From the sequence record SRR31156797_1106: a stretch of DNA of 64,000 nt; one strand, written 5' to 3'. The notes beneath the pieces are model-generated. The model saw nothing but the letters and a program-made list of their open reading frames with translations. It did no database searches and was not told where the DNA came from. This document shows positions 58,087 to 64,000 of this stretch, piece after piece. The translations under genes and the position numbers were made by a program. Positions within the stretch are counted from its first letter, which is position 1, and each line of letters begins with the position of its first letter.

Positions 58087-59646
58087 CTAAAAATTGAACC
58101 ATTTTTTCTTTTTGGGCGAGTACAATGCTGTTCTGTTCCGGCCTGCTGCTTTGGCTTCGTACAGCGCATTGTCGGCCAGATTTATAAACTCATTCTTTGA
58201 GAAATCGTTGCCTTCCGGTCGCGCGCAGGCTACGCCTATACTAATAGTAAGACTATAAGTGCGAGATCCGTCGTCAAACTCGTAATCATCTACGATTGTG
58301 CGAATTTTTTCAGCCGCAGTCATAGCTTCTTCAGGCTCTGTCTCTGGCAGCACAAAGACGAATTCTTCACCGCCGTATCGTGCGATGAGATCATATTCTC
58401 TGATATTTTCTTTGGCCACCCTGCAGAACTCTTTTAAAATAAAGTCACCTACCTGATGTCCGTAAGTATCATTGAATTGTTTGAAACGGTCTATATCAGC
58501 CAGTAAAATAGATATTGTACTATTATTGCGAATGGAACGATTAATTTCGGTATCAAGGAAGTTATGGAAAAAACGGTGATTATGTATTTCGGTCAGGCTG
58601 TCAATATTGGCGAGGTTTTCGAGCAAGGCGTTTTTTTGAGCAAGCTCTTCTGTAATTTTTTCTAGCTCCATCTTTGCCTTTATCAGTTCCCGGTTCATCT
58701 CTTCATAGGAAAGATTTAGGAGACTGAGCCGCAGGTTTGCTTCTTGAAGGATTTCCGCTACCGATTTGATATTATTTATTTTTATATTGAAAAAAGTTGC
58801 ACTCTTGTCGATTTCTATATCCAGTTGACGAAGGATTGTGTTTATAACAACTGGGTTTAAAGAGAGAAGCTTTTTAGCTTTTTGGCGAAAGAGTTTATGA
58901 TACTGCTCTGGTTTCTGCGAATAGTATATTTTGGTCAGTAATTGTGCGAGATAGATCGCGCGGATATTGAGGCCAAGGTTGGTATTCTTGCCACTGTATT
59001 TTTCTGGGGTATGGGTATATTTTATGGGTAAAAGGAGACTCTCAGGGAAACCCCATGCTTTTGCTGCTTCGTAGCCGGCAACACTGTGAGAGAGACCGAT
59101 TATTTCTCCTTCGATTATCTCTTCATCTATTTCTGGGTTTTCTTCTAGTTTTTCTAAAATTTTATCGTATTCTGCGGGAAGGGTGGTGGCAAAAATCAGC
59201 TTCCCTAAGTTGGTAAGTAATCCTGATATAAAGATTTCTTCCGTGCTGACATCATTGAGTTGTTCTAAAATTAATTTAGCTGCTGTGGCGCAGATAACAG
59301 ATTCTTCCCAGAATTGATTAAATTTAAACCGGGGGCTGCTGTTTTTGCTTCTCAAGTTGAGAAAGGAAAAAGAGAGAACAAGGCTGCGAACTGCATTGGT
59401 TCCCAGAACAGAAACCGCCTGGTTAATGGTAGCGATCTGTTGGGGAAAGCTGTAAAAAGAGGAGTTGGATACTCGCAGCACTTTTGCCGATAAGGCAACA
59501 TCGCGGGAAATGAGGTTGGCTATATCTGTGAGGGTGGTTTCTTCTTTAGCCGTGATTGTGAGCAGTTTTGACGCAACCACCGGGAGGGTGGGGAGCTCGC
59601 TAGACTGGAATATTCGTTCGAGTACTTTCTCGGGATCTTTTGCCAT
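58087..59646 (-). CDS. HDOD + GGDEF diguanylate cyclase
   Basis: LPTLP, D..LS.KVLR..NS, W.FP (HDOD); coiled coil; RxxD (REYD) and GGEEF; start 59646 or 59691. Confidence 0.92.
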   Translation of the reverse strand: MAKDPEKVLERIFQSSELPTLPVVASKLLTITAKEETTLTDIANLISRDVALSAKVLRVSNSSFYSFPQQIATINQAVSVLGTNAVRSLVLSFSFLNLRSKNSSPRFKFNQFWEESVICATAAKLILEQLNDVSTEEIFISGLLTNLGKLIFATTLPAEYDKILEKLEENPEIDEEIIEGEIIGLSHSVAGYEAAKAWGFPESLLLPIKYTHTPEKYSGKNTNLGLNIRAIYLAQLLTKIYYSQKPEQYHKLFRQKAKKLLSLNPVVINTILRQLDIEIDKSATFFNIKINNIKSVAEILQEANLRLSLLNLSYEEMNRELIKAKMELEKITEELAQKNALLENLANIDSLTEIHNHRFFHNFLDTEINRSIRNNSTISILLADIDRFKQFNDTYGHQVGDFILKEFCRVAKENIREYDLIARYGGEEFVFVLPETEPEEAMTAAEKIRTIVDDYEFDDGSRTYSLTISIGVACARPEGNDFSKNEFINLADNALYEAKAAGRNRTALYSPKKKKWFNF

Positions 59647-59789
59647 TACCAATACCTGTGGAGTGCATTGAATTACATCGACTGAAAACAATAGCAGTAG
59701 TGTTGTTTAGCGCGAGTTTTCATTTCGTTAGTATAAAGTATACAATGGAATTTCTTAAGGATTCAAGGGAGAATCTGTCAGAGTTCATT

Positions 59790-60842
59790 TCAACCGACTG
59801 TCGTGTTAGGGTAGCTGCAGGATTTCCCTTGATAAGTTTCGAATTGAAGGGTGTTGTCAATGCTGGTTATATATTCTGGTGTCAGTGGTATTTTGCCGCC
59901 ACCGCCAGGTGCGTCCAGTGCGTAAGTTGGAATAGCCATCCCTGAGACATGGCCAATTAAATGCCGCATTATGTTCAACCCGGTTTCAATGGAAGTCCGG
60001 AAATGTGAGGTACCCCGTGTCAGATCAGCTTGAAAGAGATAGTATGGCTTAACCCGTATCTGTATAAGTTTATACATCAATTCCATTATAACTTTAGGAT
60101 CGTCGTTGATTCCACGAAGCAGTACTGTTTGACATCCGAGGGGTATGCCTGCATCGGCCAGTAACGAGCACGCTTGGCTGGATTGGGGGGTGATTTCTGC
60201 TGGATGATTAAAATGGGTATTTATATAAAGGGGATGGTATTTTTTCAGCATATGAGCTAATTCCCTGGTTACTCTCTCCGGTAGAGTACAAGGTACTCTT
60301 GTCCCTATACGAATGGTTGCCACATGGGGAATTGAGCGAATCTCTTGAATAATTTTTTCCAGGCGCTGGTCCGTAAGCATGAGTGGATCGCCGCCTGATA
60401 ACAGGACATCTCTTATTGCTGGTGTTTGTTTTATATAGGTAATACCATCAGCGATGGTTTGGTCCGTAATGACCATGTCAGGTTTGCCAACCTTTCTTTT
60501 TCTTGTACAAAAACGGCAATATACGGCGCACTGGCTGCTGATTATAAAAAGAACGCGATCTGGGTATTTATGGACCAGGTTAGGGACTGGACTCAGATTC
60601 TCTTCGTCTAGGGGGTCAACAAGCCCGTCGGGATCATGGAGCTCTCGAATATCGGGAACTGCCTGTTTCAATAACGGGGCACCAACTTTTTTGATGAGCT
60701 GGAAATAATAGCTGCTGATTCGTAAAGGATAGGTGGTATGCACCGTATTGATGCTTTGCATATCCATATCCCGTAATTCATTAAGCTGCTTTGGTTGGGT
60801 AATGCTGACTGAAGGAAACGATACGTAACAACTCATCTGCAC
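59790..60842 (-). CDS. KamA-family radical SAM protein (lysine 2,3-aminomutase-like)
   Basis: HKYPDR, CAVYCRFCTR, SGGDPL, HFNHP.E, QTVLLRGIND, DAPGGGGK. Confidence 0.9.
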   Translation of the reverse strand: MQMSCYVSFPSVSITQPKQLNELRDMDMQSINTVHTTYPLRISSYYFQLIKKVGAPLLKQAVPDIRELHDPDGLVDPLDEENLSPVPNLVHKYPDRVLFIISSQCAVYCRFCTRKRKVGKPDMVITDQTIADGITYIKQTPAIRDVLLSGGDPLMLTDQRLEKIIQEIRSIPHVATIRIGTRVPCTLPERVTRELAHMLKKYHPLYINTHFNHPAEITPQSSQACSLLADAGIPLGCQTVLLRGINDDPKVIMELMYKLIQIRVKPYYLFQADLTRGTSHFRTSIETGLNIMRHLIGHVSGMAIPTYALDAPGGGGKIPLTPEYITSIDNTLQFETYQGKSCSYPNTTVG

Positions 60843-61167
60843 TTATTATGATTCAATGTCATATTGATAAATGATTTTTCCCAAAATAGAGGTTATGGAA
60901 CAACATGTGGCCTCGAAGATACGCAAAAGAGGTGAAATCTTGATATTGGGAATCTGCCTGTGGTAAAAGGTGACCATGCTTGAGCGTAGGCCCTGCATGA
61001 AATAGGTCAAAAAACAATGTGTTCAAAACATTCTTAAAGAAAAAGGGGTTACTAAGCTCAAACTATAAGAGATCCATTCCGAATTAGCTAGAAACAATCA
61101 CCTGACTTTGTGAAAAGCGCGCCAGGTGCCTTTAAATAATAGATGTTGATGAGAGGTTGCAAAACAA

Positions 61168-62994
61168 TTGGGACGTTCCTTAGTTATTGGTTTTATAAGC
61201 GGTATATTATTTTTGGTGCTTACTATTGCAGGCGCTGGCAGGTGGGCATACCAACAGGGGGTAACCGAAAAAGCAGAAGAGGTTTCCACCCGACTCGCCT
61301 TGTATATGTCCTATTTGCAGGGGGTCCTTGAAAGATATGAAATTTTGCCCGAGTTGTTGGCCCATGATAAACGGCTGGTAAATTTTCTTCAAAATCCTGG
61401 CAGCAGGGAGAGGGTTGAAGCCTTTAATCGATATTTAGAAACTGTGAATGTTATCAGCGATGCTGCGGATACCTACCTCATGGATAAAGAAGGTCTGACG
61501 ATTGCTGCCAGCAATTGGCAGGCTTCCCGTCCTTTTGTGGGGAGAAATTTCAGTTTTCGGCCCTATTTCCAAGAGGCAATGCAAGGACAATTGGGACGCT
61601 ATTTTGCTTTAGGTGCAACATCCAGCCAACGTGGATACTACTTTGCCTACCCCGTTCGTCAGGGAAAGAGTATTCTCGGGGCACTGGTGATGAAGATCAA
61701 TATTGATACTGTAGAGGATAATTGGAAAAAACAGGGAGATACCTTTCTTGTTACTGACCCTGAAGGGGTCATTTTTGTCACCACCGATCCTGATTGGCGT
61801 TACCGTACCCTCACTCCTCTTCCTAAAGAAATAGTGTCACAGATTACCGCGAGCAAACGATATCCTGATGCTTCTTTGCTGCCTCTCTCCGTCGCTCATA
61901 ACAAACAAGGTGATAATTACAATATCTTATCAATAGTTGACGATTCAACAGGAATTGTTCATCGTTACCTTCATGTCAGTGCTCCGATGCCGCAGGCAGG
62001 GTGGGAGGTGCAGATTCTTTCCGACGTAAAGGGGATTGATCAGTTTGTACTACGTACTATTGTCTTGGTTGGATCATTTTTTGTATTTGTGATCATGGTG
62101 ATTCTTCTATTCTGGCAGCATCAACAACGGTTGGCAGAGCGGCATCGATACGAAGAAAATTCCCGTAAGTTGCTGGAAGATGCTAACGAAGAGCTCGAAT
62201 CAAGAGTGGTAGTTAGGACGGTTGAGTTGACCGAGTCTAATGTAAAATTAAGACAGGAAATTGAAGAACGGCAAAAAACTGAAGAGCAGTTGCGACGGGC
62301 AAGGAAGGAATTGATTCATACCGCCAAATTGGCAGCTTTGGGGCAGATGTCAGCCGGGATTACCCATGAATTAAACCAGCCGCTTGCAGCAATTCGAGTT
62401 TACTCGGATAATGCCGTGCAGCTTCTTCAGCAGCATCGTAGCGGAGATGCACTTTGGAATCTGGAACAAATAAGTGAGTTAACCGAAAGAATGGCTGAGC
62501 TCGGCGCACAACTTAAGCTGTTTGCCAGAAAAAACAGCGGCAAGGTTGATACTGTACCGCTTCATGGTTCTCTTGACGGAGCATTGGAAATACTTGGACC
62601 GGTCATACGAAAATCAGGTGTCCAGCCCGATATCCGGATTGATCCTGATGATCTGGAAGTACAGGCTAATAATGTCTTATTACAGCAAGTGTTTGTCAAT
62701 TTAATTAGTAACGCACTCCATGCTGTGAAAAATGAGAAGGTCAAAAAAATCGAAATATTGGCTCATCGGGTTGATAAAAATGTGTACGTGGTGGTTCAAG
62801 ATAGTGGATCGGGAATCGATACAAAACATGCTGAGCAGATATTCGATCCTTTTTTTACGACCAAGGAACCTGGACAGGGGCTAGGGCTGGGGTTGACAAT
62901 TTCCTCTCGAATTATAAAAGAAATGGGTGGTACGCTTGCCCTCGTCGACAGGTCTATCGGTACTTGTTTTGAAATTCAATTAAAAGCACCATAA
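61168..62994 (+). CDS. dctB: C4-dicarboxylate sensor histidine kinase (DctB-like)
   Basis: Two TM helices around a Cache domain (AASNW...FVG.NFSFRPYF), HELNQPL H-box, FDPFFTTK..G.GLGLGL. Confidence 0.88.
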   Translation: MGRSLVIGFISGILFLVLTIAGAGRWAYQQGVTEKAEEVSTRLALYMSYLQGVLERYEILPELLAHDKRLVNFLQNPGSRERVEAFNRYLETVNVISDAADTYLMDKEGLTIAASNWQASRPFVGRNFSFRPYFQEAMQGQLGRYFALGATSSQRGYYFAYPVRQGKSILGALVMKINIDTVEDNWKKQGDTFLVTDPEGVIFVTTDPDWRYRTLTPLPKEIVSQITASKRYPDASLLPLSVAHNKQGDNYNILSIVDDSTGIVHRYLHVSAPMPQAGWEVQILSDVKGIDQFVLRTIVLVGSFFVFVIMVILLFWQHQQRLAERHRYEENSRKLLEDANEELESRVVVRTVELTESNVKLRQEIEERQKTEEQLRRARKELIHTAKLAALGQMSAGITHELNQPLAAIRVYSDNAVQLLQQHRSGDALWNLEQISELTERMAELGAQLKLFARKNSGKVDTVPLHGSLDGALEILGPVIRKSGVQPDIRIDPDDLEVQANNVLLQQVFVNLISNALHAVKNEKVKKIEILAHRVDKNVYVVVQDSGSGIDTKHAEQIFDPFFTTKEPGQGLGLGLTISSRIIKEMGGTLALVDRSIGTCFEIQLKAP

Positions 62995-63003
62995 TACAAA
63001 TTT

Positions 63004-64000
63004 ATGAAAGTTCTAACTAAGGTCCTTTTCATTGATGATGAAAAGCATATTCGCAAGGCAAACCGCCAGACCCTTGAACTAGCAGGGTTGGAGGTTATTT
63101 CGTTTGATTGTGCGGAAAAAGCTTTTGATGTCATTACCAAAGATTGGCCAGGAGTAGTTGTCTGTGATATTCGTCTCCCAGGAATGAGTGGTATGGATCT
63201 ACAGGAGAAAATCAATGGTCTAGACCGGGATCTGCCTGTTATTCTTATAACCGGTCATGGCGATGTTTCCACTGCAGTCAAGGCAATGCGAAATGGTGCC
63301 TATGATTTTTTAGAGAAACCCTACGCACCAGAGCGGTTTGTTAAAACCGTGACCAGGGCGCTTGAAAAACGGATGTTAACCCTTGAGAACCGACTCCTTC
63401 GTTCAGAGCTGGAAGTACACAGCGCACCAGGACCAAGAATTATAGGCGTAACACCAGCAACGAAAAGACTTCGGGCGACGATTGCTCAGGTAGCAGATAC
63501 CGGAGCCGATGTTTTGATTGTTGGTGAAACAGGGACAGGAAAAGAGTTGGTAGCAAGATCTCTCCATGAGCACAGCAGCAGGAGAAATAATAATTTTGTT
63601 GCAGTTAACTGTGGAGCCATTGCTGAGAATCTGATTGAAAGTGAACTGCTGGGGCATGAAGCCGGCGCTTTCACAGACGCAAAAAATATAAGGGTCGGAA
63701 AATTTGAACATGCCAATGGTGGTACCCTCATGCTTGATGAAATTGAGAGCATGCCGCTCCAGATGCAGGTGCATCTCCTACGTGTTCTCCAAGAGCGTGC
63801 AGTGGAACGATTGGGGTCTAATAAGCTTATCCCTTTGGATCTTCGGGTAGTTGCTGCTGCTAAGGTTGATTTAATAGAGGCATCTGACAGAGGCGAATTC
63901 AGGAAAGATCTTTATTATCGACTGAATGTTGTATGCATTGAGATTCCGCCCCTCCGGCACCGACGGGAAGATATTCCCCTCCTGTTCCATCATTATCTGC
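63004..64000 (+). CDS. dctD: sigma54-dependent response regulator (DctD-like), truncated by window end
   Basis: Own translation from ATG 63004: FIDDE, DIRLPG, ITGHGD, GETGTGKE, GAFTDA (63664-63681), LDEIE, DLYYRLNV; absent from the ORF track because no stop is in the window. Confidence 0.88.
   Translation, partial: MKVLTKVLFIDDEKHIRKANRQTLELAGLEVISFDCAEKAFDVITKDWPGVVVCDIRLPGMSGMDLQEKINGLDRDLPVILITGHGDVSTAVKAMRNGAYDFLEKPYAPERFVKTVTRALEKRMLTLENRLLRSELEVHSAPGPRIIGVTPATKRLRATIAQVADTGADVLIVGETGTGKELVARSLHEHSSRRNNNFVAVNCGAIAENLIESELLGHEAGAFTDAKNIRVGKFEHANGGTLMLDEIESMPLQMQVHLLRVLQERAVERLGSNKLIPLDLRVVAAAKVDLIEASDRGEFRKDLYYRLNVVCIEIPPLRHRREDIPLLFHHYL

Noticed and set aside
63664..63681. GAFTDA instead of GAFTGA in the DctD-like regulator
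   Set aside because: A common variant among sigma54 activators.
1..64000. CRISPR arrays, tRNA/rRNA genes, transposases, prophage, selenocysteine read-through
   Set aside because: None recognised on reading; a tRNAscan/Infernal run would be needed to exclude small RNAs fully.

Overview
A 64 kb, mostly core-chromosome segment of an anaerobic Desulfobacterota, most likely Desulfobulbaceae-like (inferred from gene content only). In order it carries: hslVU behind a sigma70 promoter overlapped by a CIRCE-like operator; a 253-bp CTAG-bounded, highly structured MITE-like element followed by a multi-lesion pseudogene; a csp / DEAD-box helicase / RRM cluster; dnaE; an orphan motB-motA pair with a pentapeptide-repeat lipoprotein; a TorD + PsrA/PhsA-like + PsrB-like molybdoenzyme operon with no membrane subunit; an OFA/SLC16-like MFS transporter and an FlK-type thioesterase; a stand-alone Zn-ribbon/TSCPD-like protein; ileS-lspA-fabD; ffh-rpsP-khpA-rimM-trmD-SPOUT-rplS-rnhB-PilZ-yraN-pdxA-tmk-TPR-LolB-like; AMIN, radical SAM, DacB-like, DnaJ-class and aminotransferase genes; leuCD; a YejA-like binding protein; a P-loop/Asp23 fusion; sucCD + carboxyltransferase + small subunit + fused 5S/biotin-carrier protein (probable methylmalonyl-CoA/propionate pathway); CitE-like, HDOD-GGDEF and KamA-like genes; and dctB plus dctD (cut by the window end). 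No rRNA, tRNA, CRISPR array, transposase or prophage was seen. Best leads: the structured element, a promoter motif shared by the MFS gene and the sucCD operon, the anchor-less molybdoenzyme, the orphan stator and the transcarboxylase-like operon. All product calls come from motif recognition by eye, not database searches.
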